A DNA stretch of 64,000 nt from Janthinobacterium lividum (GCA_050954865.1 JBPBQN010000160.1:695-64694), one strand, 5' to 3'. Shown: positions 44,409 to 55,100, counted from the stretch's first letter. A program made the numbers and translations. Notes: a model not told the origin generated them from the sequence alone.

Positions 44409-45467
44409 ATGGCTCAACCTTCAGTTTTAGTAACATTTGATTCTATGAAGGACACCAATCGTGGCTATTTTTCTTTTGGAAAGGGACTTGGTAATGCTTT
44501 GATTCAAGAAAACCAAAATAAATTTAGATTAACCTATTATTTGGCTGAACATACAGATTCTTATTATTTATTTAATGGAACAGTTAATATTTTACCTTTT
44601 TCCAGGTGGCATAGAATATTTTTTCCGTCAAATAACAAATATGATATCGTACACTTAAGCGATCAGTTCTGCAGGTTAAGGCCGAATAAAGTTAGTGCAA
44701 AAAGAATTATGACTGTTCATGATATGAACAAAGTTCATCTAAAATACAGTAAGCCGCGTCGTATTAAAGCATACTTGAAAAAATTAGGAGGTTTTATTTC
44801 TCAGTGCGATAAAGTGGTTGCTATTTCCAAGTTTGTAGCAAATGATTTATTAACATACTTTCCTGAAGCAGCTCATAAAATCAGTGTTATTTATAACGGT
44901 GCTGATAAACTTGTTGTTCCTGATAATCATCAGCCAGTTTATATCCCTAAAAAATCATTTTTGTTTACAATTGGTTTATTATCCGTACAAAAAGGATTTC
45001 ATTTTTTGCCTTGCCTTTTGGAAGATAACAATTACGAATTAGTTATTTCAGGAATCGAAACACCGCACAAAAGTAGAATTATTGAAGAAGCAGAAAAATT
45101 TGGTTGTCGTGATCGGGTCATCATTACCGGTCCAATTGCTGAAGCTGACAAAGCTTGGTATTACAAAAATTGTAGTGCATTCTTGTTTCCTTCCATTGCA
45201 GAAGGTTTTGGATTGCCTGTAATTGAAGTGATGCACTTTGGCAAACCGGTATTTTTATCAAAATACACTTCTTTACCAGAAGTTGGCGGCGATGCGGCTT
45301 ACTATTTTGACGATTTTGAACCACTACACATGCAACAAATATTTGCAAAAGGTATGAAGGACTTTAATAACCATATGCGCGCAGATGAAATAATCAATCA
45401 AGCTAATAAATTTTCTTGGGAACAGGCTGCACAGCAGTATTTAAAGCTTTATCAAGCGTGTTTGTAA
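44409..45467 (+). CDS. glycosyltransferase family 4 (GT-B)
   Basis: 352 aa. C-terminal PSIAEGFGLPVIEVMHFGKPV motif. Confidence 0.8.
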   Translation: MAQPSVLVTFDSMKDTNRGYFSFGKGLGNALIQENQNKFRLTYYLAEHTDSYYLFNGTVNILPFSRWHRIFFPSNNKYDIVHLSDQFCRLRPNKVSAKRIMTVHDMNKVHLKYSKPRRIKAYLKKLGGFISQCDKVVAISKFVANDLLTYFPEAAHKISVIYNGADKLVVPDNHQPVYIPKKSFLFTIGLLSVQKGFHFLPCLLEDNNYELVISGIETPHKSRIIEEAEKFGCRDRVIITGPIAEADKAWYYKNCSAFLFPSIAEGFGLPVIEVMHFGKPVFLSKYTSLPEVGGDAAYYFDDFEPLHMQQIFAKGMKDFNNHMRADEIINQANKFSWEQAAQQYLKLYQACL

Positions 45468-45498
45468 ACTATTAAAGCTATACAAACTCAAAATTTCC

Positions 45499-45506
45499 TA
45501 ATTTTG
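45499..45506 (+). promoter_or_regulatory. -7 box for the msbA-like gene
   Basis: TAATTTTG, 17 nt upstream of ATG 45524. Confidence 0.4.
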
Positions 45507-45523
45507 CAGGCTTAACGTTTTGA

Positions 45524-47347
45524 ATGAAAACCTATTTCCGCCTGCTTTCTTTTGCTAAACCGATAGAAAAATTTGCAATACCTTATGTGCTGGCCACTAT
45601 TTTATCGGTAGTATTTAACACGCTTAACCTAACTTTAGTTGCACCGCTTTTAACCACTTTGTTTGCCAAAGACAGAACGACAACCGTTATTGCAAAGCCA
45701 AAAAGTGTTTTTTCTATTGTTGATACTTTTACTTATTACGTGCAATATGCCAACGTACATTACGGCTTGCTTAATGCCTTAAAATTTGTTTGTATTGCCA
45801 TTATTATAGCTACGTTTTTAGGTAATCTTTTCCGGTATATTTCCCAGCGGATTATGGAAAATTTGAGGATTCATACGTTGCTAAATCTGCGCAAAGCGGT
45901 GTTTAACAACGTGATGGATTTACATTTGGGCTACTTTAGCAATGAGCGTAAAGGTGATATCATTTCTAAAATTGCTTCTGATGTACAGGTTGTACAGTTT
46001 TCTGTTACCGGAACATTACAAGTCGTTTTTAAAGAACCTTTTCAGCTGATTGCCTACATTGTAATGCTGTTTTTGATCAGTTATAAACTTACTTTGTTTT
46101 CATTACTGGTTATTCCGGTTTCGGCTTTTGTAATTTCTCGGATTGTAAAAAGCTTAAAACAGCAAGCCGCTGCATCACAACAATCGTACGGCAACATGAT
46201 CAGTTATCTGGATGAAGCTTTATCCGGCATCAAAATTATCAAAGCTTTTAACGCTACTGCTTTTATCAAACAAAAATTCAGTTCAGAAAACAGAAACTAT
46301 TCGCACATTGGCCGTTCAATGGCCAAACGGCAGCAGCTTGCTTCTCCAACTTCCGAATTTTTGGGCGTTTCGATGGTTGCCGGCATTGTTTTATATGGCG
46401 GATCGTTGATTATTAACCATCAATCTGCTGCGCTCACGCCCGAATCTTTTATTTTGTATATCATTTTATTTTCCCAGGTGATGCGGCCGGCCAAAGCACT
46501 TTCTGATGCTTTCAGCAATATTCATTCCGGCATTGCGGCCGGCGAACGCGTTTTAGAGCTGATCGATACAAAACCGCAAATTAATGATGCCACTGATGCT
46601 GTTTTTATCGATACTTTTTCGGACAACATCGAACTGAAAAATGTTTCCTTTGCTTACCAGGAAAAAGAGGTGCTAAAAGAAGTATCGCTTATCATTCCGA
46701 AAGGAAAAAACATTGCGCTGGTTGGTCCTTCCGGCGGCGGAAAATCTACGTTGATGGATTTGCTTCCGCGATTTATCGAACCCACAAATGGAACAATTTA
46801 TATTGATGGAAAAGATGTACAGCACCTGCAAACAGATTCCGTTCGTACATTAATGGGCGTTGTTAATCAGGAATCGATTTTATTTAACGATTCCATTTTT
46901 AATAATATCGCTTTTGCAAAACCGAACGCTACACAAGCAGAAGTTGAAGCCGCTGCCAGAATTGCGAACGCACACGAATTTATTTTGAATACAGAAAATG
47001 GTTATCAAACCAATATTGGCGATCGTGGTTCCAAGCTTTCCGGCGGACAAAAACAACGTATTTCCATTGCGCGCGCCGTTTTAAGCAATCCGCCGATTAT
47101 GCTTTTGGATGAAGCAACTTCTGCTTTGGATACAGAATCAGAAAAATTAGTGCAGGACGCTTTAAATAATCTCACAAAAAACCGAACTTCCCTTATTATT
47201 GCACATCGTTTAAGTACGATCCAAAATGCAGACGAAATTGTAGTTTTAGAAAACGGCCGAATTGCAGAGCAGGGAAACCATCAGCAACTCATCAACAAAA
47301 ACGGTTTGTACAAAAGGCTGATTGATATGCAAACTTTTACCTCATAA
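45524..47347 (+). CDS. MsbA-like ABC exporter (fused permease/ATPase)
   Basis: 607 aa. Walker A GPSGGGKST, signature LSGGQKQR, Walker B MLLDEATSALD. Lies inside a glycosyltransferase cluster. Confidence 0.8.
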   Translation: MKTYFRLLSFAKPIEKFAIPYVLATILSVVFNTLNLTLVAPLLTTLFAKDRTTTVIAKPKSVFSIVDTFTYYVQYANVHYGLLNALKFVCIAIIIATFLGNLFRYISQRIMENLRIHTLLNLRKAVFNNVMDLHLGYFSNERKGDIISKIASDVQVVQFSVTGTLQVVFKEPFQLIAYIVMLFLISYKLTLFSLLVIPVSAFVISRIVKSLKQQAAASQQSYGNMISYLDEALSGIKIIKAFNATAFIKQKFSSENRNYSHIGRSMAKRQQLASPTSEFLGVSMVAGIVLYGGSLIINHQSAALTPESFILYIILFSQVMRPAKALSDAFSNIHSGIAAGERVLELIDTKPQINDATDAVFIDTFSDNIELKNVSFAYQEKEVLKEVSLIIPKGKNIALVGPSGGGKSTLMDLLPRFIEPTNGTIYIDGKDVQHLQTDSVRTLMGVVNQESILFNDSIFNNIAFAKPNATQAEVEAAARIANAHEFILNTENGYQTNIGDRGSKLSGGQKQRISIARAVLSNPPIMLLDEATSALDTESEKLVQDALNNLTKNRTSLIIAHRLSTIQNADEIVVLENGRIAEQGNHQQLINKNGLYKRLIDMQTFTS

Positions 47348-47357
47348 AAACAGCATG
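47343..47357 (+). repeat. 25-mer family, partial copy overlapping a start codon
   Basis: cataaaaacagcatg. Confidence 0.35.
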
Positions 47358-47990
47358 AGCAAGCCTGTTAGTTTTATAAAATCAACTTGGTGGAGTATTG
47401 TTGATAAAAAAAGATACAGATTAAACAAGCTGCAGGTTCATCAGCAAAAAATTGAGAGTTTTTTATCCAACAATAAAATTCTTACGATTCCTGATATAAT
47501 TAAAATTGCACAAGCAAACGGCGAGCTTAATCACAGCCATACTAGTAATGCCGGCGATATTATATATGCGCTTCCAGTTATTAAACAGCTGAGTAATCTA
47601 ATTGATAAGCTGCAAAATTTACTGTTAAAAATTAATGTACCCATGCGCCTGTCTTTAGGTTTAGTACATCCGCTAAATAATGTAATGTTAAATGAGCAAT
47701 CTGTAAAATTACTATCGCCACTGTTAGAAAGTCAGAGTTATATTAGTAAATGTAGTGTTTATACAGATGAGCGCATTGATATCAATCTTAGCCTTTTCAG
47801 AAAATCCGGAATATACATTGACAGAGGCAATCAATCTTTCCCTTATTCGTTGGCAGAAGGGTTGAAAGTGCCGCGTATATTAGAAACGTATTATTCTGCA
47901 CCAAACGTTATTCCGGAAGGTAAAAATGGGCACGACTTTTATTTTCAGAAACATTTTGAATTTTTGGTTGAGGATTTATATTATAGTTAA
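47355..47990 (+). CDS. internally deleted paralog of the next gene (divergent GT9-like protein, possibly non-functional)
   Basis: 211 aa from ATG 47355. N-terminal SNAGDIIYALPVIKQL and C-terminal QSFPYSLAEGLKVPRILETYY...HDFYFQKHFEFLV align to 48015..48974. About 100 central residues are missing at the ..IDRGN|QSFPYS.. junction. Confidence 0.55.
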   Translation: MSKPVSFIKSTWWSIVDKKRYRLNKLQVHQQKIESFLSNNKILTIPDIIKIAQANGELNHSHTSNAGDIIYALPVIKQLSNLIDKLQNLLLKINVPMRLSLGLVHPLNNVMLNEQSVKLLSPLLESQSYISKCSVYTDERIDINLSLFRKSGIYIDRGNQSFPYSLAEGLKVPRILETYYSAPNVIPEGKNGHDFYFQKHFEFLVEDLYYS

Positions 47991-48014
47991 TAGCAATTAT
48001 CAAAAATACAAAGC

Positions 48015-48974
48015 ATGTTTAAAAAGAGAAACATAATCAGCAAACTTTGGCTGAAATATAAAGACCATAACCAATATAAACAGTATAAATGGGAACTGAA
48101 AAATTATACTGAACAGGAAGCCTTAAATTTTTTTACAGGTAATGATCGTTTAGATACACAAGAAAAAATTATAGAAGTTGCACAGAAAGATAAATTACTA
48201 AATATAATACATAGCGGTAATGCCGGTGATGTGATCTATGCTTTGCCTACTATTAAAAAAATTTACGAAACAACGAATGTACCAGTTAACCTGTATCTAC
48301 GCCTAAATCAGCCGTTGCCCGAGCCGGTTTACAGTAATACTGCTCATTCTATGGGAAGTGTAATGATTAACCAGAACATGGCCAACATGATATTTCCGCT
48401 ACTAAATGCACAAAATTACATCAATAGTTGTGAGGCATACAACGATCAGAAAATCCATATAGACCTGGATTTCTTTCGTTCTAAAACTATCCCTTTAAGT
48501 AATTCAAATTTAGCTAGGTGGTGCAGTTATGTTACCGGTTTTACACCTGAGCTTTGGAAACCCTGGATTACTGTTGAGCCAGATTTTTCTTATGCTGAAA
48601 ATATTATATTGGCAAGAAGTGAACGTTATCGCAATTCAACGATTAATTATTCTTTTTTAAAAAATTACAAGAATACTGTTTTTATAGGTGTAAAATCAGA
48701 ATACGAGGATATGAGAAAAGTTATTCCTGATTTGAAGTGGCATCAAATTCAAAATTTTTTAGAATTAGCACAAATAATTGCTGGCTGTAAATTTTTTGTT
48801 GGCAATCAATCCTTTCCATATTCTATTGCTGAAGGCTTGAAAACGCCGCGCATATTAGAAGCATATTATCATGTTGCACACGTTATCCCTGAAGGAGAAA
48901 ATGCACATGATTTTTACTACCAAAATCATTTTGAATCATTGGTGAAACAGTTAAATCAAAGAGCTATCAAGTAA
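48015..48974 (+). CDS. hypothetical protein, divergent glycosyltransferase-9-like
   Basis: 319 aa. SGNAGDVIYALPTIKKI resembles the GT9 N-terminal GD motif. FVGNQSFPYSIAEGLKTPRI resembles the GT9 C-terminal G-N-D-S-G..H-x-A motif with substitutions. Confidence 0.45.
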   Translation: MFKKRNIISKLWLKYKDHNQYKQYKWELKNYTEQEALNFFTGNDRLDTQEKIIEVAQKDKLLNIIHSGNAGDVIYALPTIKKIYETTNVPVNLYLRLNQPLPEPVYSNTAHSMGSVMINQNMANMIFPLLNAQNYINSCEAYNDQKIHIDLDFFRSKTIPLSNSNLARWCSYVTGFTPELWKPWITVEPDFSYAENIILARSERYRNSTINYSFLKNYKNTVFIGVKSEYEDMRKVIPDLKWHQIQNFLELAQIIAGCKFFVGNQSFPYSIAEGLKTPRILEAYYHVAHVIPEGENAHDFYYQNHFESLVKQLNQRAIK

Positions 48975-48998
48975 GGAAAATGTTAAAAGAAGAGAATA

Positions 48999-49709
48999 CT
49001 ATGCTCTTGGATTATTTCTATTTTTAAATCTGTGCCATTTATATCGTACCCAAATCTTTATTCCAAAATTCTTGAATACTAAACCTGCTTTGTCTTTTTG
49101 AAAACGTTTATCTATTTCAACTCCAGATACACCTTGGTGATTAAAATTTGCAATTAAATAATTTTTATAAATAAAATGAAATTCATAATCTCCGCATATA
49201 TTTAGTGTTAGTGCAAAATCTGCAGATATTTTATATTTGGTATCATAATTATGTTTACTAAATACTGCTGTGGGATAAATCATAGCTTGGTGATATATTC
49301 CAAATTTGGCTAACTGATAATAGGTTAACTCTCCTGACCGTTTTTCGCCATCGGCCCAAACATTAGCATAATATATAGCTGATGTATCTTTTAGTTCCAT
49401 TACCATGTTAGAAAAATCAGGTAATAACTCATCATCAGCACCTAAAAAATAAACCCAAATACTGCTAATTTGTAGTAAAGCTTTATTCATAGCATCATAA
49501 ATTCCACTGTCAGATTCACTTTTCCAATAGAAAATATTAGTTTTATTTGCTTCTATAATTGCAACTGTTTCATCTGTACTGTTCCCATCAATAATAATAA
49601 TCTTTATATCATGGAAAGCTTGTTTATAAATACTATCTAAACATTTTTGCAATGTAGCAGCTGCATTGTATGTTACGATAATTAAAGATATTCCAAGAGT
49701 TGAATTCAC
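48999..49709 (-). CDS. glycosyltransferase family 2
   Basis: 236 aa. ISLIIVTYNAAATLQKCLDS, IIDGNSTDET and LGADDE (DxD-like). Confidence 0.85.
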   Translation of the reverse strand: MNSTLGISLIIVTYNAAATLQKCLDSIYKQAFHDIKIIIIDGNSTDETVAIIEANKTNIFYWKSESDSGIYDAMNKALLQISSIWVYFLGADDELLPDFSNMVMELKDTSAIYYANVWADGEKRSGELTYYQLAKFGIYHQAMIYPTAVFSKHNYDTKYKISADFALTLNICGDYEFHFIYKNYLIANFNHQGVSGVEIDKRFQKDKAGLVFKNFGIKIWVRYKWHRFKNRNNPRA

Positions 49710-49724
49710 TTAAATAATTTAATT

Positions 49725-50894
49725 TTGAATTATGGTTTTATTTCTTCCTTTATGCCAATAAAGAACAGAAATTTATTTAGATTAACACGATTTATTCTAC
49801 TTAAACTTCCTTATATACTGCAAGTGCTTGCTAAATTTAAAAAGCCTGCAAAAAAAATCTTGATTATTAAAACCGATGCTATAGGTGATTATATTTTGTT
49901 TAGGAACTTTATAGAAGAAGTTAAAAAAGTTGCACAATTTCAAGATTATCAGATTGATTTAATTGGTAATATACTTTGGCAGGACATTGCTTTAAAGTAT
50001 GATAAAAACTTTGTTTTTCAATTTTACTTTGTTAATGCAAATGATTTATATCATCAACCCATACAAGTATTAAAATTAGCATGGAAACTTTTTTGCCAAA
50101 ACTATTCTCTTGTTTTACAGCCAAGTTATACGCGTAATTTTATAAATGATGGCTTAGCTGCACTTACTGCTGCTAAACAAATTATTGGTTTTGAAGGAGA
50201 TTTTGAAGCTATCACACAGAAAATAAAAAAGAAAACAGACCAATTTTATACAAAAAAAATAGTTCTTCCTACTTCTATCTATTTTGAATTTGATAGAACT
50301 CAGTTCTTCTTCGAAACGGTTTTAAAAAAACAAATAATTTTAAAAGGTCCATCATTACCAGTAGAAAGTTTTACCCAAAATTATGTTGCTTTTTGTTTAG
50401 GAGCAGGTAATCAAAAACGCAGTTGGGAAGCAACAAAATTTTTGTCATTAGCACAACTCATTTTACAACAAACTAATTATAATATTTACTTACTTGGAAG
50501 TTTAGATGCAGCAAGTGATACTGCTTTTATCGGTGCAAACTTATCATCTGAAAGAGTAAAAAATCTATCGCAAAAAACCACTCTTCCTGAATTTATCCAA
50601 ATTATTGCACAATCAGCTTTAGTAATTTGTAATGAAACGAGTGCAGTACATATTGCATCAGCTTGCGGCAAAAAAGTAGTTTCTGTTTTAGGTGGTGGCC
50701 ATTTTGAACGATTTGCACCTTACCCTATTTATTTTATTAATAAACCTGTTTTTTTATTTGAAAAAATGCCTTGCTACCACTGCAATTGGCTTTGTAAGTT
50801 TGAAACTGCTGTTGATGAACCTTTCCCTTGTATATCAAATGTGACTTTAAACCAGGTATGGAAAGAAGTAAAACAATTATTAAATATTAATTAG
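49725..50894 (+). CDS. glycosyltransferase family 9 (heptosyltransferase-like)
   Basis: ILIIKTDAIGDYILF N-terminal motif and LVICNETSAVHIASACGKKVV C-terminal motif. The track start is TTG 49725; ATG 49752 is an alternative. Confidence 0.8.
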   Translation: MNYGFISSFMPIKNRNLFRLTRFILLKLPYILQVLAKFKKPAKKILIIKTDAIGDYILFRNFIEEVKKVAQFQDYQIDLIGNILWQDIALKYDKNFVFQFYFVNANDLYHQPIQVLKLAWKLFCQNYSLVLQPSYTRNFINDGLAALTAAKQIIGFEGDFEAITQKIKKKTDQFYTKKIVLPTSIYFEFDRTQFFFETVLKKQIILKGPSLPVESFTQNYVAFCLGAGNQKRSWEATKFLSLAQLILQQTNYNIYLLGSLDAASDTAFIGANLSSERVKNLSQKTTLPEFIQIIAQSALVICNETSAVHIASACGKKVVSVLGGGHFERFAPYPIYFINKPVFLFEKMPCYHCNWLCKFETAVDEPFPCISNVTLNQVWKEVKQLLNIN

Positions 50895-50900
50895 TACCTA

Positions 50901-51989
50901 TTATCTTCCAATAGTCCACTTTAGTTTAGTATAATTTAAAGTTCTAACTAACGCAAACGTTATACCATACACAATCACAAAACGCAAAAGCTGGTAACCT
51001 AAAAATTCTATTAGCGGTAATTGTGATACATCATTTCCGATTGGCCTAAATATTTCAGGTAATAAAGAATCTACCAAAATATAATGAATTAAATAAATAC
51101 CATAAGTAGTTTCTCTTGGACGAAGAAAACCAGTAAATTTTAAATTTTTTATTCTCATTAATAAAAAGAAACATGAAACAGAATAAAGCATACTTGTAAT
51201 ACGTAAACTATTGTATGGGTCTATACTATGCATGCTTCTAAGTAACAATGCTTCTTTTACAGCTAAAAATAAAGTAAAGGCAGTAATTAAAATCCACATT
51301 AACAATGGTGTTTTACTTACCCAAGTTTCAAATGATTTAAAATCTTTGTTAAATTGTGCTCCAAGCCACAAAAAGAAAACAAATCCGAATATAGCAGTTG
51401 GATGCCGAGGTTCTACCCAATTGAAATAAATATTTGCAGCATAAAGTAAGCTACAAATTAAAAGAACTGCGCCAAGCCAGTAAGAATACAAGTATCGCCT
51501 AAAAATTAAGAGGATAGTAATACAACATAAAAAATTAGGAATAAACCAGTAGTTGCTGAAAATATAGATCATCCGAACCTGATAGATGATATTATCAAAA
51601 AAATCCTGATCAAATGTACCTTTATAAAATCGGTAAGCTATAACAACATCCTTAATTAACAATACGAATAGGAAAAATAAAGTCCAAAAAATCCAAGGTA
51701 CTACAGTACTTTTAATACGTCTTTTAAGGTATTCCAAAGGAGAATAGTCTGTAAATTTTACACTAATTAAAAATCCGGCTAACAGGAAAAAATTAATTGT
51801 TCCGAATTTAACAAATTGAAAAAGTATGGCATAAGCGTCGTATTGTAGTAAATTAGTAGGATGATAATTTTGCTCAGGAAAAAAAATAGCATGTTCTGAT
51901 ACGATACCGATCATAGCTATAGCGCGTATGGCATCTACAAAATCATAATTCTTTTTTGGTGTTGATATATCATTTACTAAATTTTGCAT
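50901..51989 (-). CDS. acyltransferase-3 family membrane protein
   Basis: 362 aa with about 10 TM segments. N-terminal DAIRAIAMIGIVSEH motif, typical of O-acyltransferases. Confidence 0.8.
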   Translation of the reverse strand: MQNLVNDISTPKKNYDFVDAIRAIAMIGIVSEHAIFFPEQNYHPTNLLQYDAYAILFQFVKFGTINFFLLAGFLISVKFTDYSPLEYLKRRIKSTVVPWIFWTLFFLFVLLIKDVVIAYRFYKGTFDQDFFDNIIYQVRMIYIFSNYWFIPNFLCCITILLIFRRYLYSYWLGAVLLICSLLYAANIYFNWVEPRHPTAIFGFVFFLWLGAQFNKDFKSFETWVSKTPLLMWILITAFTLFLAVKEALLLRSMHSIDPYNSLRITSMLYSVSCFFLLMRIKNLKFTGFLRPRETTYGIYLIHYILVDSLLPEIFRPIGNDVSQLPLIEFLGYQLLRFVIVYGITFALVRTLNYTKLKWTIGR

Positions 51990-52086
51990 AGACGAATATA
52001 TTTTATTTTAATAAGATGTTAACTGAATTGGATCAAAATGCCATTAACAATAATAGTTGCCAATTTTTATCCAATAAAAAAAGCAT

Positions 52087-52122
52087 AAAAAAAGAGCCTT
52101 GCTATATAAATAGTAAGGCTCT
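52087..52122 (-). terminator. intrinsic terminator after infB
   Basis: agagcctt...aaggctct (8 bp, extendable). On the minus strand it is followed by ttttttt. Confidence 0.75.
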
Positions 52123-52146
52123 CAGAATTATTTTGATAATTAGTTT

Positions 52147-55100
52147 TTAAGCCAATTTCCGTTTTACTTCCACATTTTCATAAGCTTCTACAATGTCTCC
52201 AACTTCAATATTGTTGAAATTGTTGATATTCAGACCACACTCATAACCTGTTGCTACTTCTTTTACATCATCTTTATAACGTTTTAAAGAAGCTAATTCA
52301 CCAGTATAAACGACTACACCATCACGTACAATCCGAATTTTACTGTTGCGGTTGATTTTACCATCAATTACCATACAACCAGCGATCGTACCAACTTTGC
52401 TGATTTTGAATGTTTCTCTGATTTCCACATTAGCTACAATTTTCTCTTCAAATGTTGGAGCCAACATGCCTTCCATCGCAGCTTTAATTTCATTGATCGC
52501 ATCATAGATAATAGAATATAAACGAATGTCTATCTGCTCTTGTTCTGCTAATTTACGGGCGCTTCCGGAAGGACGAACCTGAAAACCAATGATGATTGCA
52601 TCGGATGCAGAAGCCAGCAATACATCAGATTCTGAAATCTGGCCAACTGCTTTTCCAATAATATTAACCTGTATCTGATCGGTAGAAAGTTTCAATAGTG
52701 AATCAGAAAGAGCCTCAATAGAACCATCCACATCACCTTTAACAATAATATTCAGTTCTTTAAAGTTTCCAATTGCTAAACGACGACCAATTTCATCCAA
52801 CGTGATGTGTTTCTGCGTACGCAATCCTTGTTCACGTTGTAATTGCAAGCGCTTGTTGGCAATTTCTCTGGCTTCAACTTCACTTTCCATTGAGTTGAAC
52901 TTATCGCCAGCCGTAGGGGCACCTTGCATACCTAACACTTGTACCGGTGTTGAAGGACCAGCTTCTTCTACTCGTTGTCCGCGTTCATTTGTTAAAGCTT
53001 TTACACGTCCGCTGTAGCAGCCTGCTAAAATCGGATCCCCTACTCTTAGTTTTCCGGCCTGAACCAATACTGTGGTTACAATACCACGGCCTTTGTCTAA
53101 AGCAGCTTCAATTACGGTTCCTACTGCACGTTTGTTTGGATTGGCAGTAAGTTCTAACAATTCTGCTTCGAGTAATATTTTTTCCAACAACAAATCGATG
53201 TTCAGTCCTGATTTTGCTGAGATTTCTTGAGCCTGATATTTTCCACCCCAATCTTCTACCAAAATATTCATGGCTGCCAACTGTTCACGAATTTTATTTG
53301 CGTTTGCGCCCGGACGATCAATCTTATTAAACGCAAAAATAATTGGTGCACCAGCAGCCTGCGCATGATTGATGGCTTCCCGTGTTTGCGGCATAATGCT
53401 GTCATCCGCAGCAATCACAATAATTACAATATCTGTTACCTGGGCACCACGCGCACGCATGGCTGTAAAAGCTTCGTGACCAGGCGTATCCAAGAACGTA
53501 ATTTTCTTTTTATTTTCTAAAGTAACTTCGTAAGCACCAATATGTTGTGTAATTCCACCTGCTTCACCGGCAATTACATTGGTTTTACGAATAAAATCCA
53601 GCAATGATGTTTTACCATGATCCACGTGGCCCATAATTGTAACAATCGGTGCTCTCGGAACCAAAGTATCAGCGGCATCAGGCTCATCTAAACTTCCTTC
53701 TTCATCCTGAAGTTTAACAAACTCAACTTCATAGCCAAACTCATCAGCAACAATTGTTAAAGTTTCTGCATCCAAACGCTGATTGATTGACACAAAAAGC
53801 CCCAAACTCATACAAGTTGAAATAATTTGGGTAACAGAAACATCCATCATCGAAGCCAATTCGTTTGCCGTAACAAACTCTGTAACTTTTAAAATTTTAG
53901 ATTGTAATTGCTGCTCCATTGCTGCATCTTCTGCAGAGGATGCATAATCGTCCCTTTTCTGACGGCGCATTTTAGAACGCTGTGCAAATTTACTGGATTT
54001 ACCAGCTCCGCTTAAACGTGCTAAAGTAGCTTTAATCTGATCCTGAATTTCTTTCTCTGTAGGTTCTTCTTTTGGACCTGTTGAAACTGGTCGGTTATTT
54101 CCTGCATTATTTCGATTGTCCGGACGGGCATTATTCGCATTTCTGTTAAAAGGCGGTCGATTGCCCGGAACACCATTGGCTGGCGGACGTGGATTACTAT
54201 TATTATTATTTTGCCCAGGTATAAAACCATTATTAGTGCCGCCTTGCGGGGCTTGGTTTTGGTTATGATGGGGTGGTTGCCCAGGTGCGTTATCTTTACG
54301 TTTACGTTTACGTTTTTGATCTGCAGCACTGTTGTTTGCATTTGAAGATGCCACAGGCTGATCTTTGCGTTTTGGAGGAGTTACCGGTAAAGTAATTCTG
54401 CCAACCACATTTGGACCGCTTAACCGGTCTGCACGTGCACGGATTACACCTGTTTCAGGTTGAGGTTCTTCTACCGCAGTTGCAGTAATAGGCTGAGTTA
54501 TCGGTGTATTTTGTACAATCTTTGGTATTGCTGGCTGTACTTGTGCTACTACTGGCTCAGGTGCAACAACTATTAGCGCAGGCTCTTCAACTGGCTTCGG
54601 TGCTTCTTTTATCACCTCTTTTTCAACCGCTTCTGATTTTAAAACAGGAGCAGCTACAATTACTGGAGGAGTAATAGTTTCCGGTTGTTTTTGCTGTACC
54701 GGTTCTGGCTGAACAACAGGCTCTGGCTTAGCAACAGGTTCTAGTGCTTTTTCGGCAATTGGCTCTGGTTTTCTTTCAACTGGTTTTGGTGCTTCAACTG
54801 GTTTTGGCACTTCTACTTTCGGTGCTTCTTTTATCACCTCTTTTTGCTGAGGGCCTCTGCCATTCAAATCAGCTAAATTTATCTTGCCAACAACTTTTAC
54901 ACCAGGCAAATGAGAATCATCTTTTGTGCCTTGTGCAGCTGCCGGGCGAGCAGTATCAGTATAATTACCGGATCTTGTGTTCAGGATGTCCTGATTTTCT
55001 GTTTCACGGTTTTGGTAAGAAACAGACTTTTCAGCCACTTGTACAGCTTCATCTTTTCTAATTTTTCCGATGCTGATCTGTTTTGCCTCTTCCTTTATAT

